Positions 51,072 to 64,000 of a stretch of 64,000 bases of DNA are shown here, piece by piece. This stretch comes from Torpedo marmorata (lineage: Eukaryota). The DNA is taken from positions 24,490,001-24,554,000 of the forward strand of contig OZ360236.1 in assembly GCA_977017645.1 (NCBI GenBank), written 5' to 3'. Numbering within the stretch: the first letter of the stretch is position 1; each line of letters begins with the position of its first letter. The position numbers and the translations under genes were made by a program. The notes below the pieces were generated by a model that worked only from the letters and a program-made list of their open reading frames with translations, had not been told where the DNA came from and did no database searches.

Positions 51072-51125
51072 CAGTAGACTCAGAATAGTTCCTCTTCAGC
51101 ATACAGTTTGTAGCCACGTTTTTAT
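51072..51125 (-). CDS. Candidate 54-nt in-frame DLGAP4 cassette (or alternative first) exon
   Basis: ttttcgttttacacacAG|...ACTG|GTAAGA; phase 1-1, no stop (xKNVATNCMLKRNYSEST), in repeat-poor sequence. Confidence 0.45.
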
Positions 51126-53089
51126 CTGTGTGTAAAACGAAAATCTTTTAGGCAGCTATTTCCAGGGATGGCAATAATTTGGAAACGCACACCAGTACTC
51201 CTTGGCTTGGATCAAGAAATCACCACTGGCTCAAATTCTCTGCAGCTAAAAATGGAGTCAACCTTCCCAACAGTGTGAATTGCAGCATTCTCTTTGTTTT
51301 TGTGGTACAGGTAATACAAAATTCAAATGATTTAAATCTGGGCTTGTTACAATTGAATTGAACAGAATAATAAAAAGACAGTTTCTTCAGAAAATTCAAT
51401 TCTCCTCTCTCTGAAGCATTGAAGCCAATTCTCTAAAATTATTTCTGTAACACATGTTGTGGAAAAGAGAGCAAATAAAGACTTTTGAAACTGAATCTAC
51501 ATCAAGCTGTCATCAAACCAAAGAGGTAAATGCTTTGTTTCTGATAAGGGCATCCATATTTGACTATAAAATAATTCTTTCAAGGCCAAGGAGCAAAGTC
51601 GAGGTTGAACAACAAGCAGGTGATAAGCACACACTTCACTAGCAAAATATTTATACTGTTCATCATTGTGCACCTTGGCACACAAGCTCTAGCACTCCAT
51701 AACACTTCAATTCAAAAGTACTTGCGGAAGGGAGCTTTTGCCTCGTGCAATACCAATAACGCTGGGAGTTTACAGAAGAGCAACCGTGCCTTTATATTAA
51801 AAGTGTTCAGACTTTTAAAACCTAAATTAATCATAGCTATCCCTGATTTTCCTGGCCTTTCCAGCTTCTGCAGTAATCTATACCTCTCCTAATTTCCAGA
51901 TGACTTTTTTCCCCCGAAGACAATTAAACATTTTAAAAAATGTTCAGAAATGTGTGAATAGTGAAATAACACAATTAATTAATAGTTCAGCAAATTGATC
52001 TCAACACAGAACTCAATTTCCAGCTTTTACCTTTTAGCTGATCACAAATGAGGCAATGCACAAGTAACATAATTGGATTTGGTATTCAATTTATTTGGGT
52101 TTAAATAAAAAAAGAGTATTCCTTCTCCTGATTGTCACCAAGCAACTTCTCCAGGCAATATATGTGAAGATGTCAGATGAGGCCAAAAGGCTCATCAACT
52201 GAGGTCACTCCTTCCTTAAATTCCTAACACAAATGTTGCAGTCCAACAGAAAGTCAACTTTGCTGAATTTCTGTACAGCATCAAGCACTCTCAGAGCATT
52301 TGTCAGCAAGCAGTCAACATCTGCAGCAGAGGAAAAGTTGGGAGAATTCAACTGATCTAAACAGAAAAGCACTAAAATTTAAAATATACTAAATGGTCAG
52401 ATTCAGTTCCAAGTAAAATTTGATTTCAGCATAGCAACTGACAGTAACATTTAAAAAATATATTCATATAATTTTGGCCCAGCTTTTGCAGCAAAAAACC
52501 TTGAGAGCATCATTGCTAGAATAAGCAGAAGAGCAGCTTATTGTAGCTTATAGATGTTGGAGGCCATTCAGCCTATTGGATTTTTGTGCCAGCTCATTGT
52601 ATTCCCATCAATCCCATTCCACTTACTTGCCTGCAACTCGTCTCTCACATTCTCATCAACTCTCCCCGCACCACAATTCTCCTACCAACCATTTATATCA
52701 GCGACAACTTAAAATGGTTAAATAAGTGGAAATCAGAGCACATGGGCCAAAACAATAGCTATTGGGAAAACATGCAAACTCCATACAGTGAGAGCAAGTT
52801 CAGGATCTAACCAGTCTGTGCACCATAGTTCAGTACATACAAGCAAAGATAACAGATACAAAGAAGCTCCTGTCCAAGTTTCCCTGCTCTTTTCAAAGCT
52901 TTGCTCTCCAAAGATTATGCCGTTATGTAGCAAGGGAGAGAATATTTAACCAAAAGATACCCAGAGAATATGCTACTAAAAATTAGCAAGTGTATTTTAT
53001 TTTTAAGAAACACACCTCGTGCCAAGTACGAGTTAGCATCAAATTAATATTCTAACTTACAATTTCTTGCTTAAAACTAGGGAAGGGTA

Positions 53090-56000
53090 AGACAAATCTA
53101 AGGAAAAGGAGGGAATTTATGGCTGGAGCCAAGGGAAATGAGAGAGGTACTAAACGACAACTTTGCATCAGTGGTCATCAAGGAAAAGGACATGCAGAAC
53201 AATGATATTCTTGCATATGTTGTTATCAACAGGAGGTGGTGCTGGGTCTCTTGCATAACATTATGCTAGATAAGTCCCCAGGACCCGAGAGGATTAATTC
53301 CATATTACTGAGAGAAGCAAGAAAGGAAATTGCTACAGCCTTGACAGATTTTTTTTTTTCATTAGCCACAGTCGATGTCCTGGAGAATACCCAATGTTAT
53401 CCCCGTTTAAGAATTGCAATAGTGACAAACAAGTGCGCCTTACATCAGAGGAAAGAAATTATTATTGGAGAAGATTCTCAGGAAATAGAATCAACTCACA
53501 TCCGGAAAACATTTATTTGGGATAGTCAGCATGGCTTGGTGCAGTGGAGGTTGTCTCATAAACAATTAGGTTTTATCAGGAGGTTAAGAAATTGATTGAT
53601 GAGGGTAGGTCTGAGGTGTGTTATGCATGAATCTAAGCTGTCAACAAGACCCCTCATAGTAGGCTGAACTAGAAGATTAAGGCACATAGTGATTTGGTCG
53701 AATCAATTCAAAATTAGCTTGGCCATAGAAGACAGAAGGTAGTGGTAAAAAAACACAAATGCTGGAGAAACTCAGCAGGTCAGTGTCTTTTATGTAGCAA
53801 AGGTAGAAATACATAACCAACGTTTCGGGCTTGAGCCCTTCATCAAAGTATGAGAAAATGCCGGCAGGCGTCCGAACAAAAGAGTGAGTGGGGGGGTGGG
53901 TGGCCAAGGCAGGAGATGATAGGTGGAGAAAGGAGGAAGGGGACAGCAGCAAAGAGGGGTAGGAGGGATGGCTGGGTGGGTGGAAAAAAACAGGCAGGAC
54001 AGGTGAGGGGGGAGGGGAAGCAAAAGACAAGCAGGTTTAGTGGAAAGCAGAAAAGTCAATGTTAATGCCATCTGGCTGGAGAGTGCCCAGACGGAAAATG
54101 AGATGTTGTTCCTCCAATTTGTGGGTAGTCTGGGTGGGATAGTACATAAGGCCATGGACAGACATGTGAGTGTGGGAGTGTGACTCGGAATTGAAATGGT
54201 TGGCTACTGGGAGGTCGCTGTTGTTGCGGACGGAGAGGAGGTGCTCAGCAAAGTGATCTCCCAATCTACGATCGGTCTCTCCGATGTAGAGAAAGCCACA
54301 AAGGGAGCACCGGATGCAGTAAATAAGTTCTTTGGATGTACGTTAGGGAAGTGTAGTTTCACTTGAAAGGCCTGTTTGAGGGGAGAGGTGTGGGCGCAGG
54401 TGTTGCACCTCCTGCGGGCACAGGGGAAGGTGCCAGGGGTGCGATGGGTGGGGAGGGATAAGTGCACGAGGGAATGGCAGAGGGAACGGTCCCTGCAGAA
54501 GACCGAGAGGGGAGGAGAAGGAAAAATGTGTCTGGTGGTGGGATCCTGTAGTAAGTGCCAGAAATTCCGGCGGATAATGTGTTGGATGCGGAGGCTGGTG
54601 GGGTGGTGGATGAGGATGAGGGGGATTCTATGTTTGTTGCGTCTGGGGGCAGAGGGGGCCAGCGCAGATGAGTGGGAAATGGAGGAGATGCGGGTGAGGG
54701 CTGAGTTGATGGTGGTGGAGGGGAAGCCACGTTTGTGGAAGAAGGCAGACATTTCAGAAGATCTGGACTGGAAGATCTCATCTTGGGAACAGATGCGGCG
54801 GAGACGGAGTAATTGAGAGAAGGGGATGGAATCCTTGCAGGGGACAGGGTGTGAGGAAGTGTAGTCCAGATAGTTATGGGAGTTGGAGGGTTTGTAGTAA
54901 ATGTCGGTGGAAAGCTTGTCTCCTGAGATGGAGACAGAGAGATCAAGGAAGGGGAGAGTGTTATCGGAGATGGACCAGGTGAGTTCGAGATCGTGGTGGA
55001 AGTTGGATGCGAAGTGGATGAAGTTGACAAGCTCATCGCGGGTGTATGAGGCAGCCCCGATGTAGTCGTCGATATAACGGAGGAAGAGATGAGGGGTCTT
55101 GCCTGTGTAGGCTTGCAGCATGGATTTCTCCACAAAGCCCACAAACAGGCAGGCGTAGCTGGGACCCATGCAGGTACCCATGGCTACTCCTTTGATTTGG
55201 AGGAAGTGGGATGAGTTGAAGGAGAAGTTATTGAGAGTGAGGACAAGTTCTGCCAGGCGGAGGAGGGTGGTGGTAGAGGGTGACTGGTCTGGTCTTTGGT
55301 CCAGGAAGAAGCGAAGTGCTTTCAGACCTTCTGCGTGGGGGATAGAGGTATAAAGGGATTGGACATCCATGGTGAAGATGATGCAGTCCGGTACAGGGAA
55401 TCTGAAGTTATTGAGGAGATGGAGGGCATGTGAGGTGTCGCGGATGTAGGTGGGGAGGGATTGGACCAGGGGAGAAAAGATGGAGTCAAGTTAAGATGAA
55501 ACTAGTTCGGTGGGGCAGGAGCAGGCAGAAACAATGGATCTGCCCAGATGGTTGGGTTTGTGTATCTTGGGTAGAAGGTAGAAATGGGCAGTGCGGTGGT
55601 GGGGGTACTGGTGAAGGGCTTTCATTCTGACTGTAGTTTTAAGCAGCAGTGTTCCACCAGGATCAGTGATGGGACGTCTGCTGTTTGTATTTGTGATTTG
55701 GAGAAAAATGGAAGATTTTAGACAACACAAGAATTTGTGGAATGGTGAACACTGAGGAACATTGTCAAAGGATTCCACAGGATATAGGTCAGTTGGAAGT
55801 ATGGGTAGAGAAGTGAAAGAACCAGTTTAATCCTGAAAAGTGAGCGGTGTTGCACTTAGGGCGTCAGATGCAAGTGGAAAGTACACAGTAAATAGAAGGA
55901 CCCTTAGGGGCATTGATGTAGAGGGATTTTGAGGTCCAAGTCCATAGCTCCTTGAAAGTGGCAACAAAAGCAGATATGGTGGTAAAGGCAGCACATGGCA

Positions 56001-56580
56001 TACTTGCCTTTACCAGTGAGGATATCAAGTATAAAAGTCAGAATGTCAAGTTTCATCTGAAGAAAACTTTGGTTAGGCCACATTTGGAATACTGCAGTCG
56101 AAGCATTACAGGAAGGATATGGAGCCTTTGGAGAGTCTCAGAAGTTCATCAGGATGTTGCCTGGATTAGAGAGTATTAGTTACAAGGAGAGGTTGGACAA
56201 ACTCGGAATGTTTTCTCTGGAGCATCAGAAGTGGGAGTGACCTGATAGAAGTATATAAAATAACAGGCATAGATGGTCGGTCTTCCCCCACCCACCCCCT
56301 CTACTCCCACAGGTGGTAATGTGATATACTGGAAAGCATAGTTTTAGAGTGCAAGGGAGAAAGTTTAAAAGGAGATAGGCGAGGCGTTTAAAAAAAATTA
56401 TACAAACACAGAGACTGGTAGGTCTCTGGAACACACTGCCAGAAGTGGTGACAGCAGATACCATAGCAACGTTTAAGCACTTACACATAACAAACAGAGA
56501 AAAGAAGGATATTAACCATTTTCAGACAGATGTGCAGTTTAAATTGGTAGAGTGGAACTGCCTGTTCCTGCACCACATTG
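53090..56580 (+). mobile_element. Degenerate CR1 LINE split by a PLE insertion
   Basis: DKSPGP..ILLREA before the insertion; after it KTLVRPHLEYC and 3' motifs; the sequence resumes across ggtagtggt/ggtactggt. Confidence 0.75.
53748..55606 (-). mobile_element. Penelope-like retroelement, 5'-truncated, same family as 18086-19584
   Basis: ORF 54204-55370: MDVQSLYTSIP..GVAMGTCMGPSYA..LRYIDDYIG..LPFLDL; frameshifted GIY-YIG tail 54037-54264; upstream FYLLPKIHK motif. Confidence 0.92.
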
Positions 56581-57459
56581 ATGTTAAATTCTGAACTCTA
56601 AAAATTCTTCAATGTAATTTGACAAAGAGAAATTGTGTTATTTGTCCCATTTACTCAGATATCAAATCTCTGAAGAGGATGCTGCAAGTTCTTTGGCCTC
56701 TAAATAGCTCACTGAAAGTCTATAGGCTAACATTATGGGTAAGAAACATCTGTTTACCAAAAAATCTAGGCCTTTATAAAAAGAATTGTTGTGAACAGTC
56801 CTCTTTGTTTATCCCCAATCCCAACAAAATTTGATTCTTATGAATCTACAATTCCTCTGAGGCATTTGAAATGCATTTTAATATGTGCTTTCCAATCACG
56901 TTAGATTGTTTTCACAATTAATGTTCAACTAAGTATAACACATTATTCTGCTGCACATTGCCTGGATCTTTAGGGAAGCGATGATCAATGTTATCATCTC
57001 AATTACTTAACAAATTAGAACACACAAGAGTGATTTTCAATCTTGGGACTTCCCAAGACACTTTGCATCCAAACAACTCCCTGTTGCTATGACTGCCATT
57101 TTCAAACATTGCAATGTTGAATTGCTTGGCATCATGTGTGCTGAAGTTAATTACAACAAGGTAACTCAGATAAGGACGAGTGTCAATATTAGGTTAGCTG
57201 AAACAATGGAAAAACAAATGATGAACAAATCAAATGTTGATCACATAAATCTAGAATGGTTACAACTACTAGACTTCAACAGATCAGCATCAATGCATGT
57301 CAGAGTCTGCAGGTTTGATGATGCTGTACATGACTCATTAAAGGACATGTCAAATGGGTACAGAATGGTCAGCACCCAACTGGCTCAAAGGACTATCAAG
57401 TTCAGAAGACACATTCAGAAGTCAAGATTGCTCACAGTTCTCCAGGAAACCGGGATGCG

Positions 57460-57885
57460 GAAGTTGATCGTCATCTGACTGTACATATACAACCCGATGA
57501 AACAGTGTTTCTCTGGACCATGGAGCGCGCGTACGCACACAGTATATAATAATCACAAATATACAAAGATATAATTTAAAATATAAATAATTTGGGATGA
57601 TTTACTCAGTTACAGGATACTGTTCATCAATCTCACAGCCTGCGGGAAGAAGCTATTTCCCAGCCTGGCAGTCCTGTTTTTGGTGCTCCTGTACCCCCTT
57701 CTTGATCGTAGTGGGTCAAACTTGTTGTGTGCTGGATGAAAATTCTTTGAGCACTATTTAAGTAACACTCCCATTAAATATGGTCAATAGAGGAAAGGGA
57801 GACCCCAGTGATCTTCTCGGCCGTATTGATAACCCTCTGTAATGACTTCCGGTCCGATGCTTTGATGTAGCCAGAAAGGACACTA
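57460..57885 (-). mobile_element. Rex-Babar-like LINE 3' remnant
   Basis: 'cagcctgcgggaagaagctattt..ctcctgtacc' resembles 43960-44020; similar remnants at ~59320-59790 and ~61150-61480. Confidence 0.6.
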
Positions 57886-58434
57886 TTATTAAATTGCACA
57901 TTTAGCTGTAATTTGAACAATGATTTCAGGATTGTTTAACGACAACTAAATAAGCAGATTGATTTTGGATAGCTCACCAAAGGAACCTTCTTACTCTTTG
58001 AATAGTACCTGGAAGCTTTTATATCCACTTCCAAAATGGCATAGTACTATGAATAGCATTCAAAAAAAATGCCAGCTCCCACAATGCACCAGTCTTTGAG
58101 CAGTGAAATGAATTACAATCCAAATTATGAATTTAAATCCTGCAGTGATTCAACAGTGATGCAATGCCTGATTTTACATCCCATCACTAATTAAAATCCA
58201 AAGATTTAATGTGGGCCATGTCAAGCTCAAGATACAAAAGCTGATTACCCAACAGATTTCATAAAGCTATTTTGGGACCTCCATCTTCAATAGTTTGGTA
58301 GTACACCAACATAGCATGTTTAGCTTGTTGAAATTATTATATAGCAAAAACTTATCTCAAGTTTTCAGTCTGAAGTTAACAATCTTCCTTTAAGTTCTAA
58401 GTTGTAATTGTGAGAAGGACAAATAAGATAAAAT

Positions 58435-58683
58435 AAAGGTAAAGGTAAAGGTTCCATTATTGTCACGTAATACTACATTTTTAGAATGTAACATACATGA
58501 AATTTTTTATTTTTGTCTACCGTAAGGCAGACAAAGGGTCGCTATTTTGTCCAGCGCCCCTCACAGAAACCTACAGCACCTGGTGTTCCTAGGCGGTCTC
58601 CCCTCCAAGTACTGACCAGGCCTGTGCCTGCTTAGCTTCTGAGATCAGACAATCCCAGTCGTATTCAGGCTATTGGTGCTGTT
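58435..58683 (-). mobile_element. 5S rRNA-derived SINE (SINE3-like), copy 2
   Basis: 5S-like head ~58568-58683 (rc: ..gatctcagaagctaagcagg..ggcctggtcagtacttggaggggagaccgcctaggaacaccaggtgctgtaggttt), shared tail, (TACCTT)n 3' end. Confidence 0.82.
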
Positions 58684-60346
58684 CTTGTGATACCTCCATG
58701 TGCCTGTTTAGGTTGGCACAGAAAGTTTCTGGTTCACAGACTGCAGCAGCCACATGGCCTTGAAATACACACTTTTAATGCCAGAAAACATTTCCATCAA
58801 AAGCAAGCATTCCTGGATTGTTTTACACCAGCAAAAAAGTTTAGTGTTTCATTGAAAGAGGGAACATTCAAAAATATTCTCTTCATAAAGATATCATAAA
58901 ATAAATTTCAACAAACGAATATCAAAGTGAAAGCACACAGATGTAGTTTCCAAATATTTTATTGTTGGAAGTCTTTTTTAATGAAATGGTTAAAATTTCA
59001 ACAATTGTTAAAATTGGTGAAAGTTTGAGACACACAAACATTTTTCATTTGTAAGATTTGTGGAAATATAAATTGTCTTACGAGAAGAATGTTCCTCAGA
59101 GAGTTCAATGTTACATCCATCTAAAGTCCAGTCCCTAACTTCTGATGAATGGTCAAATTGAAATGGTCAGTATACAAAGATGACAATCAAAAAGGACATC
59201 AGTACCCACACCTCTCCTTACCAAATAGTGGTTAATGGATAATTGCCATATGAAGAAGCCTCTATGGTCACCACAGAACAGAGCAGAATTGCTTGTCCTT
59301 TGTAAATATAATTTTCAGCTACATAATTTCATATTAGTGTTTATTGTCAAATACACAAGAACAATGTACAGATCACCATAATTCTTACTTCCTGCAGCTA
59401 AACAAGAATGCAACATACAACAATAGTATACATTAAAGTACCACAATATGTCAAGTCAAAAAGGGTTAATGAGTATAAAGAATACAGAGTTACAATTAGT
59501 GCAAGAAAAAAGTGAAATTTCAATAGTGCCTTCAGGTCCCAGAGTAGTTTATTGTTGGGGTAGTAAGGGGAGATTCAAAAGCCTGATAGCTGGTGGATAA
59601 AAACTGTTTTTGAACCTAGAGTGCAAGACCTCAGGCTTCTGGTCCTTCCATCTGAAGGGAGTAGCATGAAGTGGTTTTGACCAAGGTAAAGGGATCCTTG
59701 ATGAAGTTGTTGCCTTCTTGAGGCAATGTCTCATATAGATGTCTTCAATGAACAGGTGGTCAGTGCCCATGATGGACTTGCAAGGCTTGCCACTATCGGC
59801 AGCCTCTTTCCTTCCCCTTCCTCTATCCTTCACTGCCTTTTCTTCCTTCTCCTTTTCCCCCTTTTTCTTTTTCCTCCGTCAGTCTACCCACTCGCACTCC
59901 GCACCATTCGGATTGCTTGATCGCTATATCCCATGTCCCCCTAGCTGACCGGCCAAACTTCTTCTCCCAATCTCCTAGTCAATTATGCTGATAATTGTCA
60001 CAATTCCTTCTGAAATTCTGGATACTCATTACCCACCATATTTACCGGTGAACCTATTCCTGATTTCTCGAAAATATGCCCCATGTTTATGTTCAGAGAT
60101 TTAGATTAAATTTTGCTTAAATACAAAACCCGACCCGTGGGACTCTAACCCACGATGCTTACAGTGGGACTCTAACCCACACCCAAATCCTTGCTTGCTG
60201 AGACTCTAACCCACTCTCAAACCCTTCAGGTCCTTTGTGGGTCTCGTCAAGGTAGTCTGAGGCACACAAGGGCGAGGAACGGCGTTGGGAAGGGGAACGA
60301 GGGGGGGGGGGGAGAGAGAGTGAGAGAGAGACCAAGGTAATCTCAC

Positions 60347-60440
60347 CTTGTGGGCCCATCCGTCTCCGAGTTCCGTTCCAATGCGTGTTGCTTATTCAGC
60401 CCGCTGTTGTCTTCCGACTCCTGTCTGGAGACCCTGTTCA
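60347..60440 (-). other. Candidate internal first exon of a short DLGAP4 isoform (5' boundary unknown)
   Basis: ATG GGC CCA CAA G|GTGAGA; phase-1 donor compatible with the 47505 acceptor; locally GC/CpG-rich. Confidence 0.4.
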
Positions 60441-60736
60441 CAGCACCAAATGTGATAGTCCGCACCACTCTGGACTTGTAAATATATTTTCAGGACCAGT
60501 AAGATCAAACATCTTTATTGCTTTGCAAAGTCTGAGTACCCCGTTGCAGCAAGAGGCACTGCAAAGCAGCTGGTCCTTTCCCAAGGGAATCTCCTCTCTC
60601 CTCCAAAGTACAACGATATTTGTACATACAGAGTATGTGACAGACAGTTTGTTTTTCAGTTCTCGCAGTTACATTGCTGTAACATAATTTCTGCTATCTC
60701 AAGATACATGTATTCCATTGTAATTAACCCAACACA

Positions 60737-61065
60737 AAATACTTTTTGTCATTAATCAAACAATTAGTAAGCTTCTGGCATGATCTCAGAACATCTGCTG
60801 ATCACCTTAAAAATACTTTTTGTCCTTAATCAATCAATTAGTAACCTTCACCTGGGATACTGGCATGGCCTCAGAGCATCTGCTGATCACCTTAAAAATA
60901 CTTTTTTTGTCTTTAATCAATCAATTAGTAACCTTCACCTGGGATACTGGCATGGCCTCAGAGCATCTGCTGATCACCTTAAAAATACTTTTTTGTCTTT
61001 AATCAATCAATTAGTAACCTTCACGCAGGATACTGGCATGACCTCAGAGGATTCGCTGATCACGT
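60737..61065. repeat. ~86-bp tandem repeat, ~4 copies (first copy partial)
   Basis: 'ctgatcac' anchor at 60798, 60883, 60970 and 61056. Confidence 0.9.
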
Positions 61066-62879
61066 TACAGCTTGTTTTTCAGTATTTCAAAAGTTCTTAG
61101 TCACGTGGTTACAATGTTAACCCCTTGAATGTCACTACACTTCAACAGCAAGGAGTGGTTGTGACCAAGGTAATGGGATCCTTGATGAAGTTGCTGCCTT
61201 CTTGAATGGACAGGACGTCAGTGCCCACGATGGAGTTGGCAAGGTTTGCCACTACTGGCAGCCTTCAACGTTCCTGGGCACTCGAGTTACCAAATTAGAC
61301 CAGAAAGCAACCAGTCAGTATACTTGCCACAGTACAACCATAGAAGTTTGATAAAAGTATTCGATGACCTGACAAATCTCCTCAAGACTTTTGAGAATGT
61401 GGAGGACCTTGGTGCGCCTTCTTCACAGTTGCATTCATGTACTGGCTCCAAGAGAGGTCCTCCAACATGTGGACTCCCAGAAAATGGCTCTGGTGAATTG
61501 TGCAACTTGGCGTTGACACATACCAATTTAAAAATCATTCTGGTCATGTGGTCTCTATTGAGACTGATCATTTTCTTCATTCTTCTAGTAACCTGCTACA
61601 ATCTGTATTACTTTGCCTGTTTTAGTGCTTTAATTTCTACCTCCTCAATCAACATCCTTTAGCTAATCACAGAAACCTTGTATTCTATATTATCTTTGAT
61701 TCAGCTCATCATACATTCATCGTCTCATTTCTGCCAGTTATAGTTTCTTATAATGATGTTATTTGACCCACTGAAGTATGAGGCATTCAGAGCATTCCCA
61801 CCAGTTTCATTCACCCACTTATTGTCCTGCAATCTGCTCACCAATCAATTTTCCTAATTCTCCTGCAACCCACCAACTGCAGTAACAATTTAGAGCAGCC
61901 AATTAACCCAAAATCATGTACATCTTTGGGACACGAGAGGTAACTGAAGTCAACATGGTCACTAAGAGAATATGCATACCCCACATGGACAGCACTCAAG
62001 GTCAGGATCGACCCGAGTCACTGGAGCGGTGTACTTTTGTGTTGCTGCGCCACCCCACTGAGAGACAGAAGCAGACCAGCAGGGGCTCGGTGGCCAAAGG
62101 CCTCATACCAGGCTGTGGGCTTGTGAGAATGAAGTATCGGGACCAGGAATTGTGAGGGTGCCGATGGCAAACAGGGCTTCCGAAGGACCTCGGCTTTTGG
62201 AACCAGGGGCCAAGGAGGGCGACTTCACCACTAGAACAGACGAGAGGCTGTGCAGCTACAGAGGTTATAGGAGTGTATGAGGCAGCGGCATCTGAAGAGG
62301 TGGCAGGATCCATGGACAGTCGATGTCTTTGAAGGTATTCGCTCTTCCTTCTTTTTCTCTTCTTGGTAGGGCTGCTGGACTAGTGGCACCTCTTTGTGTG
62401 CCTTTACAGGGCAAACAAAAGCAAAGAAACTGTATATTTATGACAATATAGGAATCGAACATTCAAACTACCAGCAATACTTGCCAATGGAGTTTAACCT
62501 TGAAGAATTTTGATATCTGTAAAAAAATGAAATACCTGCTGGACTCACAAATGAAAATCTGCACTAAATGCACTTTATAAAACTTTATGCATAGATATTA
62601 ATAGGATGAATCAAGCACCGGCTAAGCTGTTACGCTGACACAGGAACCAATAATAAATGAAACTTCAGGTTTAAAGACTATTGAAAAATCTCTTGCAGAG
62701 GACAACATCTGCAACATTTCCAACCCTCCAAATAAGTAACCTGTAACGCGGGGAAAGGGGAAATTATAGATTTCTGGAAGGCAACAAAAGTTGCTCAATC
62801 AATCTGAAAGCTATTCTGGAAAATAAAAGCTCCAGGTACAGAAGTTTGGTAAAACAATGGCTACCAAGAAGAAACACAA

Positions 62880-63735
62880 GTAGCATAAATGATCTTTTTC
62901 TGCTTGACAAATTTTCTAATTAATGTTGTGTCACAGGGATCAATGTTGGGATCTCAATTTTTTACAATTTGTTTGAATGAATTGCATGAAGACATCAAAG
63001 TTGCAATTGCTAAATCTGTTGATGTCATGAAGACAGTGGGGGGAAAAAACTGAAGAGGACACAGGGAGGTGACCAAGGGATACAGATTAGTTAAGTGGGC
63101 AGAGATCTGGCAAATGAAGTCTAATATGGGAAAAATGAGAAACTCCCATTTTGGCAAGAAAAAGAAATAAGCATTTTATGGTGAGACATTGAAAAGCCCC
63201 ATGGTTCAAAGGAATCTGAGAATACAGGTGGAAAATTTGCAAAAAGGCAAATTTCTTTAATAAATTATTAGCTTTCTGAATTATTGCAAATAATTCAGAA
63301 TAAAAGTATTTGTCTCCTTATTTCAAGAAGAATATTCTGTAAATGCATTGGAAGCATTAGATAGTTTACTTGATTGTTAGAAGAAATAGACAAATTGCTT
63401 TATGAGGAAAAGTTGGACAGAATAGCCACGCATATCCTGGACTTTAAAAGAATGAAAGGTGATTTGTTTGAAACAAAAGGGTCTTAAATATGGGAGTTCA
63501 AAAATAAAGGGGCACTCATTCATGAGAAATGTGGCAAACTTTTCATAAAAAAGAGGACCCGTCTTTGGAAATCTCTTGAAAACATTTAATATTTTAAACA
63601 ATTCTTAATGAGCAATGAGGTGAAGTGTGACCAGAGTAGATGCAAATGAGGACTTGAGGTTACAATCTGATCAGCCACATTCTTAATAAATGGCTGAGCA
63701 AGCTCGAGTAGCCAATTGACCTTCTCCTGTTCTGA
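62880..63735 (+). mobile_element. Degenerate CR1 LINE fragment
   Basis: 'gtgtcacagggatcaatgttggga..gctaaatctgttgatg..agtgggcagagatctggcaaatgaagt' RT-like motifs and CR1-like 3' tail. Confidence 0.65.
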
Positions 63736-64000
63736 ACCACGTGTATAAATAAAGTATAGTGATTCAAAACTTGAAAGTCACTTGGCCATGCAAGAATTTC
63801 AATACTCATTTATTGTGCCCCTTTAAAAAAAACATTAAAAGTGTTGACTTGGCCTCTCCCCCATCATATATGTAAAATCATATTTTTACTTTAGCCTTGA
63901 TAAAGGGTCCTGACCAAAAATGTTGACTGATCATTTCTACCAATGGATGCTGCCTGGCAGAGTTTCTTCAATAATGTTATGAGTTACTTTCATCGCCCCA

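Noticed and set aside
60737-61065. CRISPR-like or snoRNA cluster
   Set aside because: Units are near-identical along their full length (tandem duplication); no convincing C/D or H/ACA architecture

Overview
Vertebrate nuclear DNA, almost certainly from a cartilaginous fish (shark/ray), judged from HE1/V-SINE, CR1 and Penelope repeats. Two host genes lie tail-to-tail. On + is the last coding exon and 3'UTR of a TGIF homeobox gene (5178-5705; TGIF2 by synteny). On - are six 3' coding exons of DLGAP4/SAPAP4 (47505 down to 28466), with all splice phases consistent. I also see a candidate 54-nt in-frame DLGAP4 cassette exon (51072-51125) and a candidate internal first exon (~60347). The rest is a dense, nested transposon landscape: Penelope-like elements (RT + GIY-YIG), CR1, Rex-Babar, L1, Tc1, Tigger/pogo, MITEs, V-SINEs and a 5S-derived SINE. 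The most unusual signal is a family of short fold-back Penelope-end elements with 12-15 bp target-site duplications (TSDs) and minimal hammerhead-ribozyme-like motifs. One of them (3949-4706) encloses a ~230-bp copy of the neighbouring TGIF 3'UTR between its inverted arms. All calls were made by eye; no database searches were run, and repeat boundaries are approximate.
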